A stretch of 64,000 nucleotides of DNA from an uncultured virus (IMG/VR IMGVR_UViG_3300010352_002076) (taxonomy: Duplodnaviria > Heunggongvirae > Uroviricota > Caudoviricetes): the IMG/VR virus record IMGVR_UViG_3300010352_002076. The stretch is one strand, 5' to 3'. The notes under the pieces are model-generated. The model was not told where the DNA came from, did no database searches, and worked only from the letters and a program-made list of their open reading frames with translations. Shown here piece after piece: positions 1-8,482 of this stretch. The translations under genes were made by a program, and so were the position numbers. Within the stretch, counting starts at the first letter, position 1; each line of letters begins with the position of its first letter.

Positions 1-199
1 TCAGCGCGATCGTGGTGCCCAGCGAGGTCTGCTTCGCCGCGATCCAGTCCGCGAGGACGTGGCGGATCCAGGTGCCCTCGGGGGCCCCTCTGTAGTGGAC
101 CCGGACCACGGTGGCGCTCTCCAGAGCCCACATCACGGCTTGGCGGAGGTCGTACTGGGTCCCCTGGACCGAGAAGACATGAGCGGAGACTACGGGCAT
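1..199 (-). CDS. Small hypothetical protein (runs off window edge), paralog of 388-582
   Basis: Hand translation from ATG at 199: MPVVSAHVFSVQGTQYDLRQAVMWALESATVVRVHYRGAPEGTWIRHVLADWIAAKQTSLG...; not in ORF track. Confidence 0.7.
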   Translation of the reverse strand, partial: MPVVSAHVFSVQGTQYDLRQAVMWALESATVVRVHYRGAPEGTWIRHVLADWIAAKQTSLGTTIAL

Positions 200-211
200 G
201 GTGAGACCTTC

Positions 212-391
212 TTACCGAGGCGTCGAGGGATGGGAAGCGGAGCGGTACTCCGCCAGGGGATGCACGGGGACCCAGATCCCCTTGACCCCGTTGATCACGA
301 TGGCGCGGACCCGGGGCACCGTGGTGAGCTCCGTGGTCTTGGAGTCCAGCCCCATCCGGGCCCGCTTCGCCACGGGAGGCGATGTGCTCAT
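212..391 (-). CDS. Hypothetical protein (59 aa, MSTSPPVAKR...)
   Basis: ATG overlaps the TGA of 388-582 (ATGA coupling). Confidence 0.55.
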   Translation of the reverse strand: MSTSPPVAKRARMGLDSKTTELTTVPRVRAIVINGVKGIWVPVHPLAEYRSASHPSTPR

Positions 392-582
392 TTCACGAAC
401 GCAGCGGCATCCACATCGGCCTGCTTCGCAACGATGAAGGCAGCTGCAGGGGTCAGGTTGGGGATCCCCGGGGCACACCGGGAATACACGGAGACATTGG
501 TCCCGGAGGTAGTCCACATCACGGACTTCCGGACATCCAGAGCGGTCCCGTTGACATACACGATGAAAGGGGAGATGACCAT
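388..582 (-). CDS. Small hypothetical protein, paralog of 1-199
   Basis: Shares V-x-G-T-x-x-D-[LV]-R-x-x-V-M-W and I-x-A-K-Q with 1-199. Confidence 0.7.
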   Translation of the reverse strand: MVISPFIVYVNGTALDVRKSVMWTTSGTNVSVYSRCAPGIPNLTPAAAFIVAKQADVDAAAFVK

Positions 583-668
583 GGCTTCCGGGGCACTCTA
601 CAGGGCCTGTTTCATAGGGGAATAGCGGGGTCCCGGGACCCCCAGATGTGACCGCATTGACGCTAACT

Positions 669-1472
669 CTATGTGCCTGCGGTGCTTAGGGTTGCTGGGA
701 TCAATATCCCGGGCTCTTTTCCCGCGAGGTCAGGCCGCGGGGCACACCACTGGAGCCCGCTGTGACCGATCTCCTGGGACCCCCAGGGGCCCGCGACGAC
801 GACGTGCTCGGCCTCCAGCTTGAGCGCCTTGAAGGCTCCCCCGAAGTAGGACAGGAAGCGCTTCAGGTCGATCTTCTTCTTGGACCCCTTGGGGGTCATG
901 ACCTCCCGGGCCTCGTCCACGGTCAGGGGCCCCTTGAGGCACTCCCGGTACAGCAGGACTTCCTGCATCCGGAACTCCGTGAAGCCCAGGGGTCCACTGG
1001 CTCCCGGGGTCGCGTAGACCTGGGCTTCAGGGCACATCAGCTCCAAGAGGTTGGTCCGGTAGCGGTCCCGTGTCTTCAGGACCGCTGCGGGCTGCGTGAC
1101 CTCGATCAGGGGGCCGCCGTAGATCTGGCGGTCATAGTCCGAGACATGGCTCACCGCGATGACCCCCAAACCGACATCGATGTGGTGGCAGATCTTCGGG
1201 GCCCAGAACCGGGCAATGCTGCTGTTTGTGGTGCAGATCAGGACGGCGTCATGGGCGCCGCGGTGCTTCTTGTGCAGGGCCTGGTCCAGAACCTTGAAGT
1301 TCAAGTCGAGCTTGCCCTCGATCCCGATGAGCTCATCTCTGCCACGGTGGTACACCGTGAGATCCGCCCCCATCTCGGGGTAACACTCGTAGCCATAGGC
1401 AGCGAAGTGGTTCCCCAGAGCTACGAGGAGGTCGGATTCCTTGACAACGGTACGCCGCAACGACGTCTTCAT
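669..1472 (-). CDS. PD-(D/E)XK nuclease-like protein (DUF2161-like)
   Basis: KESDL...GYECYPE..ADL...IGIEGK.DLNFKVLDQA matches E/D/ExK/Q spacing of restriction-endonuclease-fold proteins. Confidence 0.6.
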   Translation of the reverse strand: MKTSLRRTVVKESDLLVALGNHFAAYGYECYPEMGADLTVYHRGRDELIGIEGKLDLNFKVLDQALHKKHRGAHDAVLICTTNSSIARFWAPKICHHIDVGLGVIAVSHVSDYDRQIYGGPLIEVTQPAAVLKTRDRYRTNLLELMCPEAQVYATPGASGPLGFTEFRMQEVLLYRECLKGPLTVDEAREVMTPKGSKKKIDLKRFLSYFGGAFKALKLEAEHVVVAGPWGSQEIGHSGLQWCAPRPDLAGKEPGILIPATLSTAGT

Positions 1473-1768
1473 GGCAGCCGCCTATACTTATCGAGAACCG
1501 TGGAGTACGTGACCAAGCAGCACTGCATCCAGTGCCTCAGGAGGCGCTGCACCAGGACCTTGGCTTGGCGCGGCTTCAGGGGGCCCCGTGTCGGCGTGGT
1601 CTGCCTGCAATGCGGGCAGACCTCATTGGCCCCGGCTCGGAGGATCAAGGCGACGAGATCGTCTTCGTCGAAGTAGCAGTCCCGGCTCATGGGATCCGGG
1701 AGATCCCTGAGGAGCCCGTGCTGCTGGTCCGGGCTGACCTCGTGCTTCCCGTATCGGACCGCGCCCAT
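1469..1768 (-). CDS. Hypothetical protein with CxxC
   Basis: Tiles between neighbours; CPHC. Confidence 0.6.
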   Translation of the reverse strand: MGAVRYGKHEVSPDQQHGLLRDLPDPMSRDCYFDEDDLVALILRAGANEVCPHCRQTTPTRGPLKPRQAKVLVQRLLRHWMQCCLVTYSTVLDKYRRLP

Positions 1769-1772
1769 GGTC

Positions 1773-2282
1773 TCAGCGGGGACCCATAGCTGCCGGACTG
1801 CCTTCGCCGTCGACGTGCTCCGTGGTCTGCGTCACCGCGGTCTGGGGGCACGGGAACTGGTTCCCAGGGCTCGGGGGCACCGGGAACGCGTGGCCCTCTT
1901 GGAGGTTCCTGGTGTACTTGAACACGTTGTTCTGGAACACCGCCTTGACGACCTCGAGATTCTGGATCTGCATCTCCTTGGTCATCTCGGCGCGGACCGC
2001 CAGCACGGCCTGATCCAGGGCCAGCTTGGTCTGGGCTGCGGCGAGCTGGGCCTCTCCGCCCCGGAGTTCCCCTTCCCGCTTCAGGATGTCCCGGGCTTCG
2101 AGGTTCTCCTTGGTGAGCCTGGCGTTCTCGGCCCGGAGGGACTCAATGGAGTTCACGGCTCCCCTGAGACGCTCCTCGGTCTGATCCGCAGCGATGAGAC
2201 GCTGCTTCAGGAGATCGCCGACCTGGGCCGGCAAACTCTTGTTGATGATATCCTGGATTTCCGTGGTCAGGTGCGGGGTCAT
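1773..2282 (-). CDS. Coiled-coil hypothetical protein
   Basis: AAGGAG RBS upstream; heptad-like A/E/L/R-rich sequence; downstream of promoter motif. Confidence 0.75.
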   Translation of the reverse strand: MTPHLTTEIQDIINKSLPAQVGDLLKQRLIAADQTEERLRGAVNSIESLRAENARLTKENLEARDILKREGELRGGEAQLAAAQTKLALDQAVLAVRAEMTKEMQIQNLEVVKAVFQNNVFKYTRNLQEGHAFPVPPSPGNQFPCPQTAVTQTTEHVDGEGSPAAMGPR

Positions 2283-2301
2283 GTCCTGGGACTCCTTGAG
2301 G

Positions 2302-2351
2302 GGTTCCCCTGGGACGATACCTGACTTGACTCCGAGTCAACCCTTGTCAGC
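2302..2351 (-). repeat. 50-bp direct repeat copy 1 containing TTGAC-N5-GTCAA promoter/operator
   Basis: 45/50 identical to 2956-3005; minus strand TTGACTCGGAGTCAAGTCAGGTATCGT. Confidence 0.9.
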
Positions 2352-2723
2352 GAGGGCCTCAAGCCAAGCGAAGTACTGGAGGCGATGTGCTTCCCGCTCC
2401 AGCCATACACCGACGACGACTTCACCGCGTCGCATCGCGGTGTGCTTGTCGGTGTGCGCGATCAGCTCAGCGATGACCGGGGCAATCGCAGTGAAGTAGA
2501 GGCGAGAGACGAGCGCATCAGGAGCACACACCGCGGCGACGTCAACGGAGAGCTTCGGTGAGAGCAGCCGTGTCCATGCCACGTCACGATTGGGCCGATA
2601 CCCGGCGCGATAGTCGACCGCTTTGATGTCGGGGAACAGCTTCCTGATCTCGGTGAGGAGACACAGCGTTGTCGCTTCGGCGACCTGCGAGATGGGAAGA
2701 CCACCAGAGGGGATGTCAGTCAT
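2337..2723 (-). CDS. Hypothetical protein
   Basis: Start moved to MTDIPS (overlaps upstream stop region); ends ADKG inside repeat. Confidence 0.6.
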   Translation of the reverse strand: MTDIPSGGLPISQVAEATTLCLLTEIRKLFPDIKAVDYRAGYRPNRDVAWTRLLSPKLSVDVAAVCAPDALVSRLYFTAIAPVIAELIAHTDKHTAMRRGEVVVGVWLEREAHRLQYFAWLEALADKG

Positions 2724-2940
2724 CGGAGGGGACCTTAACGGGGAAGCGGGTTTCACACTTGCAGCAGAAGACCTGCTCAGGCGAGAGGACTATGTCCCCG
2801 GGGCCAAGCTCCTCACGGGCCTCGGCAAGGATCTTGGGGTCCTTGCAGGCGTGGCCCCTGGTGTAGTTGCGCTGCTGGCAGGCCGGGCAGACCCAGCTCC
2901 AGGCCTGTTCAAGTTCAACGCTGATAGGGGTGTCAGGCAC
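2716..2940 (-). CDS. Zinc-ribbon protein
   Basis: CPAC...CCKC pairs; GTG start after promoter repeat. Confidence 0.65.
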   Translation of the reverse strand: MPDTPISVELEQAWSWVCPACQQRNYTRGHACKDPKILAEAREELGPGDIVLSPEQVFCCKCETRFPVKVPSDD

Positions 2941-2955
2941 GAGGGAGCTTCCCGA

Positions 2956-3005
2956 GGTTCCCTGGGGACGATACCCGACTTGACTCCCAGTCAACCCTTA
3001 TCAGC
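2956..3005 (-). repeat. 50-bp direct repeat copy 2 containing TTGAC-N5-GTCAA promoter/operator
   Basis: Minus strand TTGACTGGGAGTCAAGTCGGGTATCGT. Confidence 0.9.
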
Positions 3006-3464
3006 AGGGACCTCGTCCCAGGGGAAATCTGTCTTGGGCTCGACCTCAACGACTCTGACGACCTCAGGGCTCCGGGGCCGGTGATCCACGGTGCTCTCCA
3101 GGGCCTGGCTCCGCCAGAGCTCCTGCTCGGGGTGCCGGCGGTAATAGGCCTCGACATAGACATAGATGTCAGGCCAGGTCATGGGCCCCATGGGGTCCCA
3201 GCGGAACCCGGGGAGCCAGGAAGCCACGGAGGCCCGGATGCCAGGGAACCAGGGCCCACCGGGACAGGTTGCCAGGGTGCGCAGACCAGTGGCGTAGACC
3301 CTGTCGGCCCTGAGGCGGTCCTCGATGGTACCGCCCAGGGTATATGCCACGGCCCGGAGCCGGTGCGGGAGCCGGTACCACAGGGGGTCCGGGGAGTACC
3401 GCAGCGGCGGCAACGGAGCCAGGGCGTGGATCTGGCGCGGCGTCATGGTGTCGTAGCGATGCAT
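2991..3464 (-). CDS. Hypothetical protein
   Basis: ORF fits tiling; ends ADKG inside repeat. Confidence 0.65.
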   Translation of the reverse strand: MHRYDTMTPRQIHALAPLPPLRYSPDPLWYRLPHRLRAVAYTLGGTIEDRLRADRVYATGLRTLATCPGGPWFPGIRASVASWLPGFRWDPMGPMTWPDIYVYVEAYYRRHPEQELWRSQALESTVDHRPRSPEVVRVVEVEPKTDFPWDEVPADKG

Positions 3465-3553
3465 CGCGGCACAGGGTACTCCCTGAACTGGGCTTACAAC
3501 TCCGATGCAACACTTGGAACACTTCCCAGTGGAGCACCCATAGCTAAAGAAAC

Positions 3554-3587
3554 CGAGGACCCCCTGGCTACGGCCAGGGGGTCCTCG
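3554..3587 (-). terminator. Intrinsic terminator
   Basis: Perfect 15-bp stem CGAGGACCCCCTGGC/GCCAGGGGGTCCTCG, 4-nt loop, followed by GTTTCTTT on the minus strand. Confidence 0.85.
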
Positions 3588-3600
3588 TTTCCGTTAGGTC

Positions 3601-3816
3601 TCAGTGCTCCGGCTTCACCGGGGTCCACTGGAACGTTGGGGCCCCCGTGGGCCCCGTGATCCAGGCCCCGTGACCCGCCATGACGGCTTCCTGGTACAGG
3701 GCCTCCTTGGCAGCTGCCTTGCCGGCGTCGACACCGACGAGGCGGCCCACAATGAACACGCTGAGCAGGACTACCGCGACGAACACCGCGGCGACGGTAC
3801 GGGGCTCCTCAGACAT
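3601..3816 (-). CDS. Small single-pass membrane protein
   Basis: Hydrophobic VAAVFVAVVLLSVFIVG. Confidence 0.7.
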   Translation of the reverse strand: MSEEPRTVAAVFVAVVLLSVFIVGRLVGVDAGKAAAKEALYQEAVMAGHGAWITGPTGAPTFQWTPVKPEH

Positions 3817-3945
3817 GGGGAACCCGCTTCTTGGTCCTGCGGTACGCTCCCCAGGGGCTACGTTCCAGGTACCCCATGCGTACCAGGGCCAAGCACTTCG
3901 GCGAGGAGCGTGGAGCTGACGCCCTCGAGGGCGTGGATCTGATCG

Positions 3946-4131
3946 TCATTCATGGGGTTTATCCAAGTCACGGAGTCGGATGGCTTCGCGGACCGAGGCG
4001 TCGTAGGCCCGCTTGGTCTGCCAGGCGTCGAGCCAGGCGAACCACTGATCCCACTTGTGCATCGTGCAGATCAGGAACAGGAGGCCGAGGAGGTGAAAGA
4101 AGTAGAAGGTGACAGCCATGGATGACGTCAT
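3946..4131 (-). CDS. Small membrane protein
   Basis: Hydrophobic N-terminus; ATGA coupling. Confidence 0.65.
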   Translation of the reverse strand: MTSSMAVTFYFFHLLGLLFLICTMHKWDQWFAWLDAWQTKRAYDASVREAIRLRDLDKPHE

Positions 4132-4241
4132 CGAGTTACCTCACGAATGGTGTCAATCAGCGTGACGACTACGATGCTCACCATCCCCAGCATTGCTGTC
4201 AGGGTCACAGTGAGCAGAGCGTAGTACGCGTAGAGCCTCAT
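4128..4241 (-). CDS. 37-aa membrane peptide (MRLYAYYALLTVTLTAMLGMVSIVVVTLIDTIREVTR)
   Basis: Hand translation; fills gap and is coupled to the next ATG. Confidence 0.55.
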   Translation of the reverse strand: MRLYAYYALLTVTLTAMLGMVSIVVVTLIDTIREVTR

Positions 4242-4247
4242 GATGGC

Positions 4248-5123
4248 TCAGATGGGCGGATCATGCCGGGGATCCGTGGCCACGTTGGCGAGCTTGAACA
4301 GGTCGCGACAGACCGCGTGGAACTCAGCGCTGATGCGATGCGGGGCCCACTGCGCCGCGGCGCGCCGCACGGCTTCGATCAGCGCGGCGTTCTGGTCGAC
4401 AGCCCTGGCCACGAGGTCGAGGCGGTCCCCGATCCTGCAGCCCGCGGCGGTGTGGGGACCACCGGGATCGCTGGGGATCCCGATCTCGTCGAGCCTGGTG
4501 TGCACGAAGGTCTTGAACTGGAGCAGCTTATCTCGTTCCAACTTCACTTGCCCGAAGACCAGGTAGTTATGCGATTTCTTTACCTGTTCCAGCTCGGCGC
4601 GGGCCTCATCCGCCTTCCGGGCCTCGGCGTGGCGCTGGTCATGCAGGGTGTCATAGCTGGCCCGGAGCCCTGCGATCTCCGCCTTGGCGACCCCGAGTTC
4701 GCGCCTGAGATCCGTGATCTCGTCCTCGGCGACCTCGCGGTCGTGGATCTCCTGCTTCAACTTTGCCCGGAGCTCCTGGCGCTCCTGGGAGACCCGCAAC
4801 GCGAGGCGCTGGATTTCGGAGATCCGCTCCGCGGTACGTTGCCGCTCCTGAGTCAGAAGTTCCCGGGCCCGGGCAACATCGGCGTGGACGGTCTCGAGAC
4901 GCCGGGTCTCCTCGGCAAGCCTGCCCTGTAACCGGTTGATGATTTCATTCTGCTCAACACGAATCGCCGTGCTCTTCGCGACGTCGGCGAGCTGCGCCGC
5001 GTTGAGACACTTCCACGCGGCATGGTACGCCGCCGACCCTTCTTTCGGCGGTCCGAACGCCAAGAAGGCACGCACCGATTCCATCAGCGCATCCGGGGTG
5101 ACACAGGGATTATCAGCCGGCAT
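4248..5123 (-). CDS. Coiled-coil phage protein
   Basis: Long coiled coil then FKTFVHTRLD...GCRIGDRLD segment. Confidence 0.75.
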   Translation of the reverse strand: MPADNPCVTPDALMESVRAFLAFGPPKEGSAAYHAAWKCLNAAQLADVAKSTAIRVEQNEIINRLQGRLAEETRRLETVHADVARARELLTQERQRTAERISEIQRLALRVSQERQELRAKLKQEIHDREVAEDEITDLRRELGVAKAEIAGLRASYDTLHDQRHAEARKADEARAELEQVKKSHNYLVFGQVKLERDKLLQFKTFVHTRLDEIGIPSDPGGPHTAAGCRIGDRLDLVARAVDQNAALIEAVRRAAAQWAPHRISAEFHAVCRDLFKLANVATDPRHDPPI

Positions 5124-6273
5124 CGGACACCCCCGCCCCAGCGGCGCGGATCAGCCGGTCGAGCCCCGCTGCAATCAGCGCCCCGGCCCGTTCCAGATCA
5201 CGGCGACGGGTCTTCGGCTTCCACCATTCCGGCGCCCACGGCCAGCGGTCCGGAATCATTGTTTCACCGCCCAGATAGCGGTGCATCGGCGGACAAGGAT
5301 CAGCGTAACAGGCTGCCGCTTGCTCTAGTCCACCATCGCTGTGATCGTCGTCGTGCGCTGGCGTCCACCCCTCGACGCTGATCTGCCGCTGGCGCTCCTT
5401 GGCGATAGCGACGACACCAGGAGACGCCTTGAGCGCTTCGAGCTCAGCCCGAAGCGCACCAGTTTCCAGCACAGCAGCCGCGGCCTGTGCGGCGAACTTT
5501 GCACCTTCCTCGTTGGCCGATTTTGCATCAGCCCGCAGCGCATCGGCCTCGGCGCGTGCGGCGCGCAGATCGGCCACAACCTGCTTAGCCCAGTGGACCA
5601 CGTCGTCACTTGGGGCCTCCAGCGCCATGGCAACGCCAGCCTCCAACTCGTTGTAGGACTGGAGCCGGGACGCGGCGAGCGCCTCCGCCTTCTCCGCCCG
5701 CTCCTTCCACTGCGCCATGTCGGCCCGGGCCTTGTCAGCCGCTTCCCGTAGCATGCCGGGTGTTGCCTTGTCGAGATAGCCCCCGGCGATTGCACCGGCC
5801 AGCAAGTGTTCCGCTTTCTCGCGCTGCTTCTGTTCAACGGCAAGATCGAGCTCGGCTCGATGCAGCTTCTCTGCCATGGCGTGCTCGGCGCCGACGGCTT
5901 TGTCCTGTAGGACCCCGAAGTCGTGTCCGAGATCCGCGAGCTCCTTGACCTTGGCGGCGAGCTCGGTGTACGGCTTCGTCAGGAGCTCGGAGACCGCTGC
6001 GGCATCCTCCGCGCTGGGCGGGAGCCACTCCTGGGGGCCCATGGCGAGATCGAACTCCTTCGCCTTGGCCACGAGAAAGTAGTTCCCGCCGAGGTGCACG
6101 ACGAGCCCGGGCTGGTCCGGTGCGGCAGCACACCGGGACTGCACGGGGCCCGTGCCGACCCTGGCGGCGACTCGCTCCGCGAATGCCTGGAACCGCTCCG
6201 CCGGCAGCGACGGCAGCTCCAGGGAGTGCCGGACCTCGGTCATGATGGCCTCAATGATTTCTTGCTGGCTCAT
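5113..6273 (-). CDS. Coiled-coil protein with C-terminal ERQRQ-EGWT-HDDxH phage domain
   Basis: ERQRQISVEGWTPAHDDDH..L..AAACYA...WPW...WKP...DL.RAGALI; paralogous to 11453-11761. Confidence 0.8.
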   Translation of the reverse strand: MSQQEIIEAIMTEVRHSLELPSLPAERFQAFAERVAARVGTGPVQSRCAAAPDQPGLVVHLGGNYFLVAKAKEFDLAMGPQEWLPPSAEDAAAVSELLTKPYTELAAKVKELADLGHDFGVLQDKAVGAEHAMAEKLHRAELDLAVEQKQREKAEHLLAGAIAGGYLDKATPGMLREAADKARADMAQWKERAEKAEALAASRLQSYNELEAGVAMALEAPSDDVVHWAKQVVADLRAARAEADALRADAKSANEEGAKFAAQAAAAVLETGALRAELEALKASPGVVAIAKERQRQISVEGWTPAHDDDHSDGGLEQAAACYADPCPPMHRYLGGETMIPDRWPWAPEWWKPKTRRRDLERAGALIAAGLDRLIRAAGAGVSDAG

Positions 6274-6950
6274 TGCGGCGGTCCCTGAAGCAGCGGGAAC
6301 CGGGCCTCGGCCAGGGTGCCCACGATCTTCTCGGGGCTCAGAACCGCAGCGATCTGGGTTCCGATCGAGGTGATGGCATCCGTGATGGTCTTCAACTTGG
6401 CTCGGTTCTCCGGGGTATCCGGGATCAGGGCCCGGTTGCAGCCCAGGTCGAGACGTCCTTCTTCGTCACGGCGCTGCCACGGCGCTGGTTCGTACCCGGT
6501 ACGCGGGAGCCCGGGGCGCTTCCAGTTGTGCCGGCTCTCGAGCTGCCGGATATCGGGACCATCGGCACCGCTATAGTGGACGTGCTGGTGCTGGCCTTCG
6601 GTGTTGGTGCCGACGAAGACATACTGCACCTCGAGCTTGATCTCTGAGTTCCATCCCGGTTCGGAATGGTGGTCGTGTCGGTCCGAACCGGACTTCGTGC
6701 GGACCAGGAGCCAGGGTTCCCAGGTCACGGAGCACACTTTGTCGAGCTCAGCGATGATCTGCTTCGCCAGGGCCTGGGGATCTGTGCCGGTGAGGTGGAT
6801 CGGAGCCGGACTCTCCAGGTCGATCCGGTAGCTCAGCGTCGGCACGGATCCGCGGTACCCGGCATCCTCGGTGACGAGCTTGAGAGCGATCTTGAGATCG
6901 TACCCGTTCTTCTGGTACGGGATCGTTGAAACGGTTTTGGTTCGGGCCAT
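6270..6950 (-). CDS. Hypothetical protein
   Basis: GAGGAG RBS, TAATG coupling. Confidence 0.75.
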   Translation of the reverse strand: MARTKTVSTIPYQKNGYDLKIALKLVTEDAGYRGSVPTLSYRIDLESPAPIHLTGTDPQALAKQIIAELDKVCSVTWEPWLLVRTKSGSDRHDHHSEPGWNSEIKLEVQYVFVGTNTEGQHQHVHYSGADGPDIRQLESRHNWKRPGLPRTGYEPAPWQRRDEEGRLDLGCNRALIPDTPENRAKLKTITDAITSIGTQIAAVLSPEKIVGTLAEARFPLLQGPPQ

Positions 6951-7234
6951 TACTTGGTCTCCTCGGTTAGGAATGTTGGTGGAGGCGTTCCGGGATCCTC
7001 GATCAGCATCCCGGCTTCCATAGCCTTGATCTCCTCGTCGATGATGTTCTGGGGGATCAGGTCGCCGCCGGTCCAGGCGGCGCGCTCCTCGTGGAGCTCC
7101 TTGAGGTAAGCCGGGATCTCGTCTTGGACCTTGAGCTGGCTGCAGTGCAGCTCAGCGTTGCGCACAGCCTCGTCGACGGTGCGGAGGTCGCAGCACGCCG
7201 CCAGCCGCATCGCGTCTTCGAGGGCGCCAGGCAT
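6950..7234 (-). CDS. Hypothetical acidic protein
   Basis: TAATG coupling on both sides. Confidence 0.7.
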   Translation of the reverse strand: MPGALEDAMRLAACCDLRTVDEAVRNAELHCSQLKVQDEIPAYLKELHEERAAWTGGDLIPQNIIDEEIKAMEAGMLIEDPGTPPPTFLTEETK

Positions 7235-7473
7235 TACTTCGACTCCGCGGGCTTCAGGGATTCCTTGAAGTCGTTGACGGCAGTCTTGAGGGCCTCAGGG
7301 GCGTCCTCGAGCATCTTGGAGATCTCGAGGTCGTCGGGCCGGCGGCCCGGGGTCATGCCCAGAACGAGCACGGTACACGTCGAGTCCTTGGTGAGGTCGT
7401 AGGTCGCGAAGCAGCCACGGCCGCGGTGCTTCACCTTGCCGGTGAGATGGAGGAGGCGTCCGGGAGTCGTCAT
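7234..7473 (-). CDS. Hypothetical protein
   Basis: Start MTTPGR overlaps upstream TGA. Confidence 0.65.
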   Translation of the reverse strand: MTTPGRLLHLTGKVKHRGRGCFATYDLTKDSTCTVLVLGMTPGRRPDDLEISKMLEDAPEALKTAVNDFKESLKPAESK

Positions 7474-7868
7474 GTCGGGGTTCCTAATGGGGCGCTGTCC
7501 CAGCTGAACTGGCAGTGCCGGCAGTGATGGATGATGCAGTCCTGAAGCGCGCTTTGATCCCAAGGGGACCTGGCACGATCCACGAACGGGGTCGAGGGCT
7601 CGTCGCGGTGGGTGTCGTCTCGGAACGTGGTGCCTCCACGATGGAATCGGCGAAGAATGTCCATGGAGCCGCACTTCGGGCATGGGACGTCACAGGGCTT
7701 CAGGGGCGCAGGCTGGACCGGAGGCACTGCCTTGAGTGCATCTTTCTCGTGGTGCAGGGTGTACATGACGTCGACGCACTCATTGCAGATCAGCGCGGTG
7801 CCGGGGCCATTGGCGATGAGACGTGCCACGACGCCGTCGCCGCGGCCGCAGAAGGAGCAGCTGCTCAC
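7470..7868 (-). CDS. ClpX C4-type zinc-finger protein with second zinc ribbon
   Basis: CSFCGR...V.RLIA.GP...ICNECV is the ClpX N-domain signature; then CPKC...CRHC; no ATPase domain. Confidence 0.85.
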   Translation of the reverse strand: MSSCSFCGRGDGVVARLIANGPGTALICNECVDVMYTLHHEKDALKAVPPVQPAPLKPCDVPCPKCGSMDILRRFHRGGTTFRDDTHRDEPSTPFVDRARSPWDQSALQDCIIHHCRHCQFSWDSAPLGTPT

Positions 7869-8056
7869 CGGGGCACCTTGACCCAGCGGCCGTACTCGCC
7901 TTCCTGGAGTCCGGCCTTGATGGCCTCCTGCTTGGAGCGCTCACGAGCCTCGGTCTCCCTGGCCTGGCACTGCGTCAGGAACAGGAAGGTCAAGGAGACG
8001 CAGGCGCAGATCAGTGCTGTCCTGACGATGGAGCTGATGGATTCGTTCATGTTCAA
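7865..8056 (-). CDS. Small membrane-anchored protein
   Basis: Hydrophobic ALICACVSLTFLFL. Confidence 0.65.
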   Translation of the reverse strand: MNMNESISSIVRTALICACVSLTFLFLTQCQARETEARERSKQEAIKAGLQEGEYGRWVKVPR

Positions 8057-8253
8057 CCTTTCTGGAGATGAGGATCGGTCTCGAAGGCGGCCGCGATGGC
8101 AGCCAGGAAGCCAGGCTCCCGGGTCTCAGCGGCCAGGAGCTTGGCATCGTCGACGCTGACTTCGTCGACACAGCAGTTCTTGAAGCGCTTCCCGGAGCCA
8201 CAGGGGCACGGGTGCCGCAGGGGATGCAGCGGCTTCGGTTCAGGGAGACGCAT
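8053..8253 (-). CDS. SEC-C motif protein
   Basis: PCPCGSGKRFKNCC. Confidence 0.85.
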   Translation of the reverse strand: MRLPEPKPLHPLRHPCPCGSGKRFKNCCVDEVSVDDAKLLAAETREPGFLAAIAAAFETDPHLQKG

Positions 8254-8482
8254 CGCGCCGCTGCGGAAGGACACCACACAGGGGATGAGCCGCGAGGCTC
8301 CACTTCGCTTCGAGGCAGTCACACCCGGGGCACCGGACCTCGTAGGAGATCCGGTGCTGCAGCGAGGGGCCCTCGCCGGTGGTGATCGGCGTCTTGGCGC
8401 AGTGCTCAGCCCAGACGTAGTCCTTCTCGCAGCTCTTGCAGTGGACGTTGAGTCGGTTGCCTTCGCCGAAGAACACGCTCAT
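8240..8482 (-). CDS. Zinc-ribbon protein
   Basis: CKSC...CPGC; ATGA coupling. Confidence 0.6.
   Translation of the reverse strand: MSVFFGEGNRLNVHCKSCEKDYVWAEHCAKTPITTGEGPSLQHRISYEVRCPGCDCLEAKWSLAAHPLCGVLPQRRDASP

Noticed and set aside
2302..3005. Repeats as a CRISPR array or att sites
   Set aside because: Only two copies 654 bp apart; no cas or integrase genes; content fits a promoter
3809..3953. Possible frameshifted small gene (MNDDQIHALEG... joined to ...LVRMGYLERSPWGAY)
   Set aside because: Both frames are short, there is no slippery site and no homology evidence; cannot decide
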